Virus record (IMG/VR): IMGVR_UViG_3300045988_156735
Origin: a virus
Taxonomy: Duplodnaviria > Heunggongvirae > Uroviricota > Caudoviricetes
DNA length: 30,204 nt
Reading direction: 5' to 3' (one strand)
Shown: positions 16,308 through 26,329 of the stretch, in pieces
Layout: every line of letters begins with the position of its first letter
Numbering within the stretch: the stretch's first letter is position 1
The notes under the pieces: generated by a model
Database searches by the model: none
What the model was told of the DNA's origin: nothing
What the model saw: only the letters and a program-made list of their open reading frames with translations
Program-made: the position numbers and the translations under genes

Positions 16308-16691
16308 ATGCGAGAGTCTTTTTCATTTGAACCAGATAATCTGATTATTTCTGGTGGTATGCCAGCAATTACAACAAGTATTAAACTTGCCAGCGGTAAA
16401 GTAAATCGAGGTGAGTTGCTTGCTTTTGTCAGTATTGATCAGACAACAAATGTTGTCACTGTAGCACCAATAAATCTCTCTGGTGAGGGGGTGGCAAAAG
16501 AACCGTATTGTATCGCTCAACACAGTATTGATGCGACTGATTCAGCGCAAGTTGGAACAGCATGGCTGACCGGAATGTTCAATGCACATGCGGTTATCCT
16601 TCCTGAATCAGCAAAGATTGCCGATGTATATCTGGCTTGCCGGAAGGTTGGGATATTCCTTAACACCGCACAACAAAATCCATCTGCATAA
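16308..16691 (+). CDS. Head decoration protein (lambda gpD-like)
   Basis: 127 aa, immediately upstream of the major capsid gene; AAGGTGAG RBS. Confidence 0.6.
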   Translation: MRESFSFEPDNLIISGGMPAITTSIKLASGKVNRGELLAFVSIDQTTNVVTVAPINLSGEGVAKEPYCIAQHSIDATDSAQVGTAWLTGMFNAHAVILPESAKIADVYLACRKVGIFLNTAQQNPSA

Positions 16692-16711
16692 TATAAAGAG
16701 GTCGTATTTTT

Positions 16712-17755
16712 ATGCCGAATATTGATATTTTTGAACGACGTACAATGCTTGAGCCTGTTATTCAGAATTTCAAGGCTCGTCGTTTTCTTCTTCGTACCTT
16801 TTTTCCTGGTGTTCAGACCTTTAATACAAAGAAAGTTGATCTGGATTTTGTTCGCGGTGGCCGTACTATGGCTCCGTTTGTTGGTAAAGGTTTTGGCTCA
16901 AAAACCGTTGAGCGACGCGGCTTTGTAACGAGAACTCTGGAGCCACCACTTGTTGCACCTGATTTGGTAACAACAGCAGAGCTGCTTTTAAACAGGCTTC
17001 CGGGTGAGAATATTTACAACGCAAAATCGCCAGCAGAACGAGCCGCCGAGCAATTAGGTAAAGATTTGCTTGAGCTTGATGAAATGGTTAACCGCCGTGA
17101 AGAATGGATGTGTGCACAAGTCTTGTTTACGGGGCAGGTTGATATTGTTGGTGAAGGTGTGGATGACACAGTTTATTTTTGGCCTGAAGAGGAAGGAGAT
17201 AAACCATATCTTGAACTGACAGGTGATGATTTATGGAGTGCTGCAAAATCAGATCCGTTGGTCAATGTTCGCAACTGGAAACGTCGGGTATCACTAACTT
17301 CAGGTTTTACACCTCGTGTTGCCGTAATGGGCGCAAAAGTTGTTGATGCTTTCGTTAAAAATGAAGCAGTAACTAAATATCTTGATAATCGCCGAAAAGA
17401 GCTTGGGTATATTGAGCCTAAGGAGTTAGAAGAAGGCGTAACTCATTATGGCAATCTTGAAGGTGTCGATTTTTATGGTTACGACGAACTTATTCGCAAT
17501 GATAAAACAGGAAAACCAGAACCATTAGTACCGGAAGATAAGATCCTCTTTGGCTCTCCTGGTCGAGGAACGATGCTGTATGGTGCTGTAGAGCTTGTAG
17601 ATGACGCCGAAAAGACTCTAACGATTGTTGAGTCACCACGAGTTCCAGACACCTGGGTAACTCGTAAGCCGGCTGGCCGTTATGTTGCCATGAAGTCATC
17701 TCCACTGCCTAATCCTGGTGTGGCTGATGCCTATCTGGTGGCTAAGGTGGTTTAA
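16712..17755 (+). CDS. Major capsid protein, lambda gpE family
   Basis: 347 aa; C-terminal VPDTWVTRKPAGRYVAMKSSPL resembles the lambda gpE C-terminus as I recall it; length and position fit. Confidence 0.8.
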   Translation: MPNIDIFERRTMLEPVIQNFKARRFLLRTFFPGVQTFNTKKVDLDFVRGGRTMAPFVGKGFGSKTVERRGFVTRTLEPPLVAPDLVTTAELLLNRLPGENIYNAKSPAERAAEQLGKDLLELDEMVNRREEWMCAQVLFTGQVDIVGEGVDDTVYFWPEEEGDKPYLELTGDDLWSAAKSDPLVNVRNWKRRVSLTSGFTPRVAVMGAKVVDAFVKNEAVTKYLDNRRKELGYIEPKELEEGVTHYGNLEGVDFYGYDELIRNDKTGKPEPLVPEDKILFGSPGRGTMLYGAVELVDDAEKTLTIVESPRVPDTWVTRKPAGRYVAMKSSPLPNPGVADAYLVAKVV

Positions 17756-18148
17756 ATGGCCAGACTGATTAAAAACATTGATACGATAAGCCACGGCTCG
17801 CTAAAAGCGGGCCGTTTGCTTAATGGGCTAATGGATAACTCCAGAATTGCCGAACTGATTGCGTCAGGACATGCTATTGCCACCGAAGAGGATGGTGATT
17901 TGGCATCGGCCGGGGGCTATGATGCTGCTAAGTTAGCTTTTGAGCATGGATACGCATCTGCTGTTAATGATGCTGTGGACGCGGGGTTGATTACGCGAAC
18001 GGAGGCGGGTAGCTGTGTATTCGAGGTTGAGTTTGAGGATGATGGCGGCAATGAGGAAACGGTTGCTGATGATTCATCTGAATCTGTAGCTACTTCTGAT
18101 ACCAGTAATGCGAAAAAATCAACGCAAAAAAAAGGTAATAAGAAGTAA
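17756..18148 (+). CDS. Hypothetical head-associated protein with acidic C-terminal tail
   Basis: 130 aa; ATG overlaps the capsid stop region; acidic stretch EVEFEDDGGNEETVADDSSE. Confidence 0.45.
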   Translation: MARLIKNIDTISHGSLKAGRLLNGLMDNSRIAELIASGHAIATEEDGDLASAGGYDAAKLAFEHGYASAVNDAVDAGLITRTEAGSCVFEVEFEDDGGNEETVADDSSESVATSDTSNAKKSTQKKGNKK

Positions 18149-18492
18149 TGAACTCCTTCAAAGAGGTTATAGCGCAAGATATTTCTGCAATATTCCTCAA
18201 TGAAAAAGAGTTTGCCGATACATATAACATAGACGGCAAGGATATCCTTGCCGTTATTGATACAGACCTTATTCATGAGCGGAATAAACGCTCATATGCT
18301 GAGTTTGCAGAGGGAATAAATCAGGGGCAAATAATATTATTTGTTTCAAGAAAAGATTTTCCTGTTCTCCCTGTCAAAGACCAGTCAATGAAAATCAACG
18401 GTAAAAATTATATTGTTGATGAAGTATCAGATAATGTTGGTGTATTGGAAATAACTCTCACTGTTAATACTAACAGAGGAATGCCGATTTGA
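18148..18492 (+). CDS. Putative head-tail connector or head completion protein
   Basis: 114 aa in the head-to-tail transition block; assignment by position only. Confidence 0.4.
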   Translation: MNSFKEVIAQDISAIFLNEKEFADTYNIDGKDILAVIDTDLIHERNKRSYAEFAEGINQGQIILFVSRKDFPVLPVKDQSMKINGKNYIVDEVSDNVGVLEITLTVNTNRGMPI

Positions 18493-18974
18493 TTAATCTT
18501 TTGATAGATGCAATAAAAAATCGGTTGGAACATGAGGTTTTCCATGATTTATTAGTGCAGGGGCCTCCTTATGATGAAACAGACAGCGATATTAAATTGT
18601 TTGTTCCAACAATATTTAAAGGGTACTTGCCTCCTAAATCACAACCATCTCCAGATAAACCGCCAGAATTTCCTCATGTGATTATCAGGCCCACGGAAGG
18701 AGGAATGCAGCCTGAAACGGATGAAGTTAAGGTTAAGTTTCTTCTAGGTGGTTTTTGTGAGGACCATACTGGATATGAATGGGTAATGGCTCTTCTTGAA
18801 AGGATGATGTTTCATTTTCAGGAGAAGCCTTTACTTGAAGAGAAATTTCTCTTTCAGGGTGATATCAGATGGCGAATGTTTGATGATCAACCATATCCAT
18901 ATTGGATAACGGAAGCAACTGGAACGTGGCTAGTATTAAAGCCTCAGAATATTCAGTCTCAGGAGTTTATCTAA
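18489..18974 (+). CDS. Putative tail completion or neck protein (TTG start)
   Basis: 161 aa; TTG start overlapping the previous stop; assignment by position only. Confidence 0.4.
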   Translation: MINLLIDAIKNRLEHEVFHDLLVQGPPYDETDSDIKLFVPTIFKGYLPPKSQPSPDKPPEFPHVIIRPTEGGMQPETDEVKVKFLLGGFCEDHTGYEWVMALLERMMFHFQEKPLLEEKFLFQGDIRWRMFDDQPYPYWITEATGTWLVLKPQNIQSQEFI

Positions 18975-19265
18975 ATGGCTAATAAGAAAAGTAGTAAAGA
19001 AGATATAGAAAAGAAGGAAGATGTTGCTCAAACATTTGTATATATAGGACCAACAATCCCTCAACTCTCAATTTTGAAGCATAAACTATTTAAGAATGGT
19101 TTATCTCCAGAGTGTAAAAAATTAATATCACATATTCCTGGTGCAAAGTGTTTGTTTGTGGCAACCAGTGATTTTGCAGATGCAGAAAAAAGACTTTCTG
19201 ATAAAACCAGTGTCGAGTATGTAATGTACTCTAGAGTTTCTTCTTCTATCATGGAGATTAAATAA
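18975..19265 (+). CDS. Hypothetical virion-region protein (96 aa)
   Basis: ORF immediately after the previous stop; its stop overlaps the sheath start (TAATG). Confidence 0.4.
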   Translation: MANKKSSKEDIEKKEDVAQTFVYIGPTIPQLSILKHKLFKNGLSPECKKLISHIPGAKCLFVATSDFADAEKRLSDKTSVEYVMYSRVSSSIMEIK

Positions 19266-20728
19266 TGGGATATCGCCACGGTATTTATATATCTGAGCTG
19301 GCTACATCTATAACTCCTCCAGTACAAGTTAGTGCTGGGTTGATTGTCGCATTTGGTACAGCTCCTGTTAATCAGTTAGAAGATCCAGCCTCAGCGGTAA
19401 ATAAACCTATCATTGCTTATACATACGCAGAGGCCGTATCTAAAATAGGATATAGCACAAACTTCGAGAAATATACTTTAAGCGAAGTAATTAAAGTCGC
19501 ATTTGGAATATATGGTGTTGCGCCAGTTGTATTTATTAATGTGCTTGATCCAGCAAAGCATAAGAAAGACGTAACTGATGAGGTAGTAAAACTTTCTGGC
19601 GGGAAAGGTACGCTCTCTAACGATGGTGTCTTATATAAATCTGTTGTTGTGAAAAAAGCAGATGGTGATTCGGCAGGATTAACGGTTGACACCGATTATG
19701 TGCTGGCGCTGGATGATAATGGCTATACGGTCATTACCGCTATTAGCGGAGGAAAAATTACCGAAAAAGACGCTACTCTTAAGGTTAGTTATACGCATCT
19801 TGATCCCGGTGCCGTAACTAAAAATGACATTATCGGTGGTGTGGATTCCAACACTAAAGCCAATACAGGGCTTGAGTTACTGTCTGATGTGTATCCCCGC
19901 TTCAAGTTGGTTCCTGGACAAGTGATTGCGCCTGGATTTAGTTCTGATAGTGAAGTTGGTCAGCTAATGGCGGCTAAAGCCGCGTTGATTAGTGAATTGT
20001 TCAAAGCAGAAGCCATAACTGATGCACCGACCGATAAATCTACTATCAGTGATTACTCGGCTGTTCCTGAATGGAAACAGAACAATAATCACATGGCCGC
20101 TAACCAGACAGTGTGCTGGCCGATGGTGAAACTTGGTGACAATATTTACCATCACTCAACCCATTTAGCGGCCGCAACATGCTTGCTGGATAGTCAGTAT
20201 GGTGATATTCCATCACGTTCTCCGTCAAATATAAAACTACAGATGGACGGTGCTGTACGTAAAGATGGCAGTGAAGTATGGCTTAACATTAGCCAGGCAA
20301 ACTACTTAAATGGACAGGGGATTGTAACAAGCCTTAATTTTGATGGTTGGAAATCATGGGGAAACCGTAATGCTATTTATCCAACATCTACAGACCCCAA
20401 AGACGCATTTCGTGTTTGCCGACGTATGTTTAACTGGGTGGGTAATACGTTAATTCTTTCGCATTGGTCAAAAATAGACAATCCTGCAAACCGTCGATTA
20501 ATTGAATCGATTGTTACAAGTGCGAATATTTGGCTTAACGGCCTCACAGGTAATCAGGATATTGCAGGTGGTGTTGTTACCTTTGATCAATCTGAAAACA
20601 CGATTACGTCATTGATGGACGGGATTGTTAAATTCCATGTAAAAATGACACCATTCTCACCTGCCAGAGATATAGAGTTCGTCATGGAATATAATCCTGA
20701 TTATCTGCTGAACTTGTTTTCTGAATAA
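19265..20728 (+). CDS. Contractile tail sheath protein
   Basis: 487 aa directly upstream of the tube gene; size, composition and position typical of Mu/P2-type sheaths. Confidence 0.75.
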   Translation: MGYRHGIYISELATSITPPVQVSAGLIVAFGTAPVNQLEDPASAVNKPIIAYTYAEAVSKIGYSTNFEKYTLSEVIKVAFGIYGVAPVVFINVLDPAKHKKDVTDEVVKLSGGKGTLSNDGVLYKSVVVKKADGDSAGLTVDTDYVLALDDNGYTVITAISGGKITEKDATLKVSYTHLDPGAVTKNDIIGGVDSNTKANTGLELLSDVYPRFKLVPGQVIAPGFSSDSEVGQLMAAKAALISELFKAEAITDAPTDKSTISDYSAVPEWKQNNNHMAANQTVCWPMVKLGDNIYHHSTHLAAATCLLDSQYGDIPSRSPSNIKLQMDGAVRKDGSEVWLNISQANYLNGQGIVTSLNFDGWKSWGNRNAIYPTSTDPKDAFRVCRRMFNWVGNTLILSHWSKIDNPANRRLIESIVTSANIWLNGLTGNQDIAGGVVTFDQSENTITSLMDGIVKFHVKMTPFSPARDIEFVMEYNPDYLLNLFSE

Positions 20729-20744
20729 ATAATAGGAGGTTGCT

Positions 20745-21266
20745 TTGAGCAATCAAATTCCTGAGAGACTTATTAACTTTACAGTATACGGTGAGGGAAA
20801 CCGTATTATCGGTGTTGCTGACGCAAAGCTGCCATCAATTGAGATGATGACAGAAACTGTTAGTGGTGCAGGTATCGCTGGAGAGCTTGAGAGCGGAACG
20901 CTGGGGCATTTCAAACCAATGACTGTCTCTCTTAAATGGCGAACTCTGACCTCTGCTGGTACAAAATTATTTCTATCCTCATCGCATCAGGTAGATTTTC
21001 GCGGTAGCCAGCAGGTTTATGATGCAGGAACAGGAAAATATAAAACGGTTCCTATTCGGGCTTCAATGAAGCTAAACCCTAAAAAACTGGATTTAGGTTC
21101 GCTACAGGTGGCAAAGGCTACTGATTCAGAGAATGAATTTGAAGTTCTCTATATCAAATTATTTATTGATGGAAAAGAAGTCTTGGAAATTGATAAGTTG
21201 AACTTTATTTGTATCTTTGATGGTGAAGATATATTAAAAAGCGTTCGTGATGATTTAGGTTTATAA
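20745..21266 (+). CDS. Tail tube protein (TTG start)
   Basis: 173 aa; AGGAGG 5 nt upstream of TTG 20745; follows the sheath. Confidence 0.7.
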   Translation: MSNQIPERLINFTVYGEGNRIIGVADAKLPSIEMMTETVSGAGIAGELESGTLGHFKPMTVSLKWRTLTSAGTKLFLSSSHQVDFRGSQQVYDAGTGKYKTVPIRASMKLNPKKLDLGSLQVAKATDSENEFEVLYIKLFIDGKEVLEIDKLNFICIFDGEDILKSVRDDLGL

Positions 21267-21275
21267 GGTGACAAA

Positions 21276-21557
21276 ATGGAAACCGTTAAATTAAGTAAAG
21301 AATATCGTTTTGAAGACTTTGAGCCGGTGACTGAACTCAACCTTGATTTAGACAACCTAAAAGGCAGTGATATTTTAGAGGTATCGGACTTACTGCAATC
21401 TCAAGGGCATGTTTCAGTTCAAACATCACTTGATAATAAAGTCCATGCAGCCTTGGCTGCTCGCTGTATTGGCCGTCCAATAGAGTATCTGAATGGATTG
21501 CCAGCGAAAGACTTTGTTAAAGTTTGTCAAAAGGTACAGAATTTTTTGCTCTCGTAG
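21276..21557 (+). CDS. Tail assembly chaperone (P2 gpE / lambda gpG analog)
   Basis: 93 aa between tube and tape measure; slippery heptamer near its 3-prime end. Confidence 0.65.
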   Translation: METVKLSKEYRFEDFEPVTELNLDLDNLKGSDILEVSDLLQSQGHVSVQTSLDNKVHAALAARCIGRPIEYLNGLPAKDFVKVCQKVQNFLLS

Positions 21558-21706
21558 GTTTTGATGAGCAAAAACCTATTGATAAGCAAATAATGAGGGC
21601 CGCGAGTTCTCTATCTCAATCATCTCAATCAACACCTATATCCTACTGGCTTTCGCTTCGGTTGAGGCGAATCGTCGCATGGATTGATGTGTTTAATGAG
21701 GATTAA
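21542..21706 (+). other. Programmed -1 frameshift site (T TTT TTG at 21542-21548) and extension giving a chaperone fusion of about 140 aa
   Basis: Zero-frame codons AAT TTT TTG give the X XXY YYZ heptamer TTTTTTG; the -1 frame stays open to 21706, 6 nt before the tape measure start. Confidence 0.6.
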
Positions 21707-21711
21707 TACTA

Positions 21712-24504
21712 ATGGCCAGCAATAAGAACTTTAAGCTGGCTTTTGAAATTGGCGGCAAAGTTGCCGCCTCTCTCCCCAAAAGTTTTACTACAGCTAATCA
21801 GGCTGTTGCTAAATTAAATGCCGAGCTTGCTGGATTAACGAAAGAACATGGGGAAATTCAAAAGCTACAATCTGTAAAAGTAAAGGTTGGACAGACTGCC
21901 CTCGAATATCATAAAGCTGCCGCTCGCGTTGAAGAGTTACAGAAGCAAATAAAAAACACGGCCAATCCAACCAGAGCGATGCTTCGTGACTTTGAGAAGG
22001 CAAAAACACATTCATCGAATTTACGAGCATCACTACGTTCTCAGCGTGAAGAACTGGCCGCTTTAAAGTCTGCCTATCAGGGAGCTGATACATCTGCCAG
22101 AGCTTTGGCCTCAAGAGAGAAAGAGCTTAAAGCCAGCATTGATCGTAATCGTGAGGCTCAGGTCCGTAGCGTTGAGCAGGTTAACCGCTACAGAACGGCT
22201 TTGGCTTTAGCCAGAGCAAATGTTCAGCAAGTGAAAAAACAGCAGGAGGAACTTAACCGGGCATTAGAAAAACAACGTATTGATAAAATTAACAGCTATA
22301 AAAATGCGTTGGCTGAAGCACGGAAAAATGTTCTTGCAGTAAAACGTGCTCAGGAGGAGTTAAACCGCGCGTTGGAAAGGCAGCGTGAATTGAAGCGAGA
22401 GCATCTTGGTGAGGCAAAGAGTCAACTTGTAAGGTCAGGATTACAAACTGGTGCTGTAGCGGCTGGTGCATTTGCTGCTGCTAACAATGCAGCAAATTTC
22501 AATCGTGAAAACAAAATGATTGGTCTTACGGCAGATATGAAGCCGGAAGAAGTTCAGGCGATGGGGCAGGCGATGCTTGTTACCGGAACGGCCACCAACC
22601 AGTTTGCATCTGATATTCAGGCCGCTCAGGGTTTTCTCGTCGCTGCTGGGCAGGATTATAAAGAGGCTCAGGCGAATCTACTAACTATTGGGCGAACAGC
22701 TACAGCTACTGGCTCTGATATCCTCGATGTCTCGAAAGCATCATTTACATTAAGTGACTCATTGAAGATTGATCCATCTCAAATGAAGTCTGCAATGGGG
22801 ATTCTGGTTCAGGCAGGGAAAGAGGGAAACTTTGAATTTAAAGATATGGCCAAAAATCTTCCTGTGCTTGGTGCTCAGTTCCAGGCATTAAAAATGGGAG
22901 GTAAAGAAGCCGCCGCGACGATGGGGGCAGCTTTGCAGATAGCTCGCAAAGGTGCTGCAACTTCGGATGAGGCTGCTAATAATATGAACAACTTTTTGGC
23001 GAAAATACTTTCCCCTGAAACACTAAAAAAAGCAAAGAAAAATTTCGGTGTAGATTTATATAAAATTGTCACAACAGCGCAGAAAAAAGGGAAGAATCCA
23101 TTCGAAGCTGCAATGCATTCTGTCATGAAAATGACTAAGAACGGAGATCAGAAGTTACTTGGTGAGCTATTTGGCGATATGCAGGTTCAGAACTTTGTTC
23201 GTCCGATGATTCAAAACTGGAAGGAATACCAGAGAATCAAAGCAACATCTCTTGGTGCTGGAAGTGCTGTTATTGACCGCGATTTTGCCAACATAACGAA
23301 AGACAATGCGGAGCGATTGAAACAATTACGTATTCAGGCTAGCAATGCATCATTAAGTTTTGGTCAGGCCTTGCAACCTGCTTTGAATGCCGCGCTTAGT
23401 GTTTTGGTTCCGCTGATTACAAAAATTAGTGAATTTGTAGCTAACAACCCCAATTTTGTGTCTCAGGTTGTGATGGCGGCAGGTGCGTTTCTAACCATGA
23501 AAAGTGTGGTTATAGCGTGTAGGGTAGCTATGCTGGCTTTATCTGTAGCGACAAAGCTAACACCCTTCGGGTGGATTCAGATGGCTATATCTGCGCTGGT
23601 TGCCGCAGGAATATTGCTCTATCAGAACTGGGATAAGATCAGAGATTATGCTGTCAGAGTTTGGCCTTCTGTTAAGGAATATACAGTTAAATCGTTTGAA
23701 GCTATAAAAAACTTTATCTTAAACTTTGATCTCAATGGATGGATTATATCTATGTTTGGTAAAGCATGGGATTATCTTTCCAACATAAACTGGAGTTCGG
23801 CAGGAGTAAGAATTTACAGTACATTAATTAGTGCTTTTAAATGGATGTCTCCGCTTCCGTTCTTAATTAAAGCATTTAAACTTACAACAAATTACCTTTC
23901 TGGTATTAACTGGAGCGAAACAGGAAAGAAAATCATAGATACACTGGTATCTGTTTTTATGCGTTTTTCACCAGTTGGACTCTTTATAAGAGCATTCCAA
24001 TCTGTAACGGCTTATTTGTCTGGAATAAACTGGAGTGAGTCAGGCGCAAAAATAATTGAGACGTTAATCACTGGGATAAAATCAAAAGCAAATGCTTTAA
24101 TTAATGAAGTGAAAGGCGTTTTTTCTTCTGTACGTGAGTATTTACCGTTCTCTGACGCGAAAAAAGGTCCATTCTCACAGCTAACAAAGTCAGGTGGTGC
24201 AATAATGACTACTCTGGCATCAGGCGTTAGCAGGAATAACAGCTTACAGAATGCAATAGCAACCAAGTTCGGGCAATCAAATTTATCACCTCACGGGATA
24301 TCTGCCGCCGGGACTTCTGGACCTCGCCAGAACGTTAATGCTGTGACTGGTGGAATAACCTATTCACCTGTAATCAATCTTCCGGCTGGTTCACCAAAGG
24401 AAACTGAGGCGGCAGCTAAAAGAGCATTAGATGCGGGATATTCTGATTTTGAGAAGAAATTGAGTGCTCATATGTTCCAACAACGGAGATTAAGTTTTGG
24501 ATGA
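21712..24504 (+). CDS. Tail tape measure protein
   Basis: 930 aa; coiled-coil N-terminus with duplicated EELNRALE units, central hydrophobic segments, three tandem YLSGINWSE.G.KII.TL repeats. Confidence 0.85.
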   Translation: MASNKNFKLAFEIGGKVAASLPKSFTTANQAVAKLNAELAGLTKEHGEIQKLQSVKVKVGQTALEYHKAAARVEELQKQIKNTANPTRAMLRDFEKAKTHSSNLRASLRSQREELAALKSAYQGADTSARALASREKELKASIDRNREAQVRSVEQVNRYRTALALARANVQQVKKQQEELNRALEKQRIDKINSYKNALAEARKNVLAVKRAQEELNRALERQRELKREHLGEAKSQLVRSGLQTGAVAAGAFAAANNAANFNRENKMIGLTADMKPEEVQAMGQAMLVTGTATNQFASDIQAAQGFLVAAGQDYKEAQANLLTIGRTATATGSDILDVSKASFTLSDSLKIDPSQMKSAMGILVQAGKEGNFEFKDMAKNLPVLGAQFQALKMGGKEAAATMGAALQIARKGAATSDEAANNMNNFLAKILSPETLKKAKKNFGVDLYKIVTTAQKKGKNPFEAAMHSVMKMTKNGDQKLLGELFGDMQVQNFVRPMIQNWKEYQRIKATSLGAGSAVIDRDFANITKDNAERLKQLRIQASNASLSFGQALQPALNAALSVLVPLITKISEFVANNPNFVSQVVMAAGAFLTMKSVVIACRVAMLALSVATKLTPFGWIQMAISALVAAGILLYQNWDKIRDYAVRVWPSVKEYTVKSFEAIKNFILNFDLNGWIISMFGKAWDYLSNINWSSAGVRIYSTLISAFKWMSPLPFLIKAFKLTTNYLSGINWSETGKKIIDTLVSVFMRFSPVGLFIRAFQSVTAYLSGINWSESGAKIIETLITGIKSKANALINEVKGVFSSVREYLPFSDAKKGPFSQLTKSGGAIMTTLASGVSRNNSLQNAIATKFGQSNLSPHGISAAGTSGPRQNVNAVTGGITYSPVINLPAGSPKETEAAAKRALDAGYSDFEKKLSAHMFQQRRLSFG
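23770..24130 (+). repeat. Three tandem repeats of about 120 bp inside the tape measure gene
   Basis: Units containing aactggag(t/c)(t/g)(c/a)(g/a) at 23789, 23909 and 24029, encoding INWS(S/E)(A/T/S)G. Confidence 0.6.
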
Positions 24505-24715
24505 TTATAGAACGGTTCAAGGGGACTCATGGGATAGTATCGCGTTAAAGTTGTATGGTAATGAGTACCTGTCTTATCTTCTTATTGATGCTAATACTGA
24601 GCACCGCTTTACGGTGCTTTTTTCTGCGGGAATTATTCTTAAAGTTCCTGATGCTCCGGTTATGCCAATATCAGTAAACAATTTGCCTCCGTGGAGACGC
24701 AATAGTGTTACGTAA
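24497..24715 (+). CDS. Small tail protein, P2 gpX-like (LysM-like)
   Basis: 72 aa; ATG overlaps the tape measure 3-prime end; YRTVQGDSWDSIALKLYG resembles a LysM-like fold. Confidence 0.55.
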   Translation: MDDYRTVQGDSWDSIALKLYGNEYLSYLLIDANTEHRFTVLFSAGIILKVPDAPVMPISVNNLPPWRRNSVT

Positions 24716-25706
24716 AACGCTTTTTGATGTTATATATCAGAATGTAAATATTACCGCTCATATGTCACCTGATGTTTTGTCAATGTCTTATACAGATAAT
24801 GAAGATGGTCAGGTCGATGATATTTCTATTATATTAAAAAATGATGATGGGAAATGGTCTGGAGACTGGACACCTAAAAAGGGTGATTTTATTGATTTGA
24901 GCTTTAAGCCTATAAATCAAATCGTCCTTGAGTGCGGGAAATTCCAGGTAGATGGCATAACTTGCTCTGGACCACCTTCTGTTGTTGAGGTGACTGCTGT
25001 TTCTGTTCCTGTTTCATCAGGCATTAGACGTGATTTAAAAAGTAATGCATGGGAAAAAACAACTCTTAAAGATATAGCAACCTCTATAGCTAAATTAGCT
25101 AACCTTGAACTGTTGTTTCTTATTGATGGTGATAGTAATCCATATTATGCGCGTGAAGATCAAATGGAGGAAAGCGATTTAAAATTTCTCCATCGACTAT
25201 GCCAGGATGAAGGGGTGTCGTTAAAGGTCACTGATAGCCAATTAATAATATTTGCTCAAGAGATGTTTGAGCAAAAAGATCCTATCGCTACGCTTACGTT
25301 AGGTATTGATGAGATAATCAGATATAGCTTTAGCACACAATCTACAGATTTGTATAAAAGTTGCACGTGCAAATATCGCGTACCTAAAAAAAGAAAGTCG
25401 CTTTCGTATACTTGGGTAGATCCATCCGTAGAAGAAGGGTCGAATCTTAAGATAAGAAAACTGGTAGCTAATTTAGATGAAGCAAAACGTAAGGCAAAGG
25501 CTGCTTTGCGGCTTAAAAATAGATATCAAAATACAGGATCTTTAGTATTGGTTGGAGACACCAGATTGGTAGCTGGTGTAACTATAAATCTGGACGGATT
25601 CGGTTCATTTTCTGGAAAATATCTTATATCGAAAGCTGTGCATTCAATTGGGGCTAGTGGTTATACCACCTCGATTGATGTCCGAAGAGTAATTAATGGG
25701 TATTAA
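24705..25706 (+). CDS. Baseplate hub / tail protein, P2 gpD or Mu gpP-like
   Basis: 333 aa, GTG start overlapping the previous gene; follows the tape measure and X-like gene. Confidence 0.55.
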   Translation: MLRKTLFDVIYQNVNITAHMSPDVLSMSYTDNEDGQVDDISIILKNDDGKWSGDWTPKKGDFIDLSFKPINQIVLECGKFQVDGITCSGPPSVVEVTAVSVPVSSGIRRDLKSNAWEKTTLKDIATSIAKLANLELLFLIDGDSNPYYAREDQMEESDLKFLHRLCQDEGVSLKVTDSQLIIFAQEMFEQKDPIATLTLGIDEIIRYSFSTQSTDLYKSCTCKYRVPKKRKSLSYTWVDPSVEEGSNLKIRKLVANLDEAKRKAKAALRLKNRYQNTGSLVLVGDTRLVAGVTINLDGFGSFSGKYLISKAVHSIGASGYTTSIDVRRVINGY

Positions 25707-25708
25707 TT

Positions 25709-26329
25709 ATGAATGATTTAGAAACATTATTACGTCAGACTATAAGAGTTGGCGTTGTTTCTGATATTGATGATGGTGATGTTACAGCAAGAGTTACTTT
25801 CGATGATCAGGATAACGTCACTTCGGCAAAGTTATCAGTTATTGTGAAAAATACGGATAAGAATGCTGATTACTGGATGCCAGATATTGGTGAGCAAGTT
25901 TTGTGTATCTTTCATCCCGCAGGGCCGCAACAAGGTTTTATTCTTGGTAGTTTTTATGATGAAACACAGAAGCCGCCATCTAATACTGTTAATAAACGCG
26001 TCATTAGATTTAATAACGGAACTCGTATTGAGGTAGACAGAGAATCTAATTTACTCCTTGTTGATGCTGTCGGAGATGTAACCGTTAAGGCTACAGGAAC
26101 CGTAACTATTGATGCTCCAGAAACCATCATTACCGGAAATGCTACAGTTGAAGGATTACTAACCTTCAAAGGTGGAATGAAAGGATCTTCTGCTGGAGGT
26201 GTTGCAGCTACAATTTCTGGGGATGTTAAGGTTGTTGGTGGTGATATAGATGTTGATGGGATTAAATCTAAAGGCCACCATCACACGGCTCAGGGGGAAT
26301 ACGCTCCGACAACGGAGGCTCAGGCATGA
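25709..26329 (+). CDS. Baseplate spike protein, P2 gpV-like
   Basis: 206 aa; N-terminal OB-like region then a Gly/Val-rich beta-repeat C-terminus (GDVTVKATGTVTIDAP...GDVKVVGGDIDVDG). Confidence 0.65.
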   Translation: MNDLETLLRQTIRVGVVSDIDDGDVTARVTFDDQDNVTSAKLSVIVKNTDKNADYWMPDIGEQVLCIFHPAGPQQGFILGSFYDETQKPPSNTVNKRVIRFNNGTRIEVDRESNLLLVDAVGDVTVKATGTVTIDAPETIITGNATVEGLLTFKGGMKGSSAGGVAATISGDVKVVGGDIDVDGIKSKGHHHTAQGEYAPTTEAQA

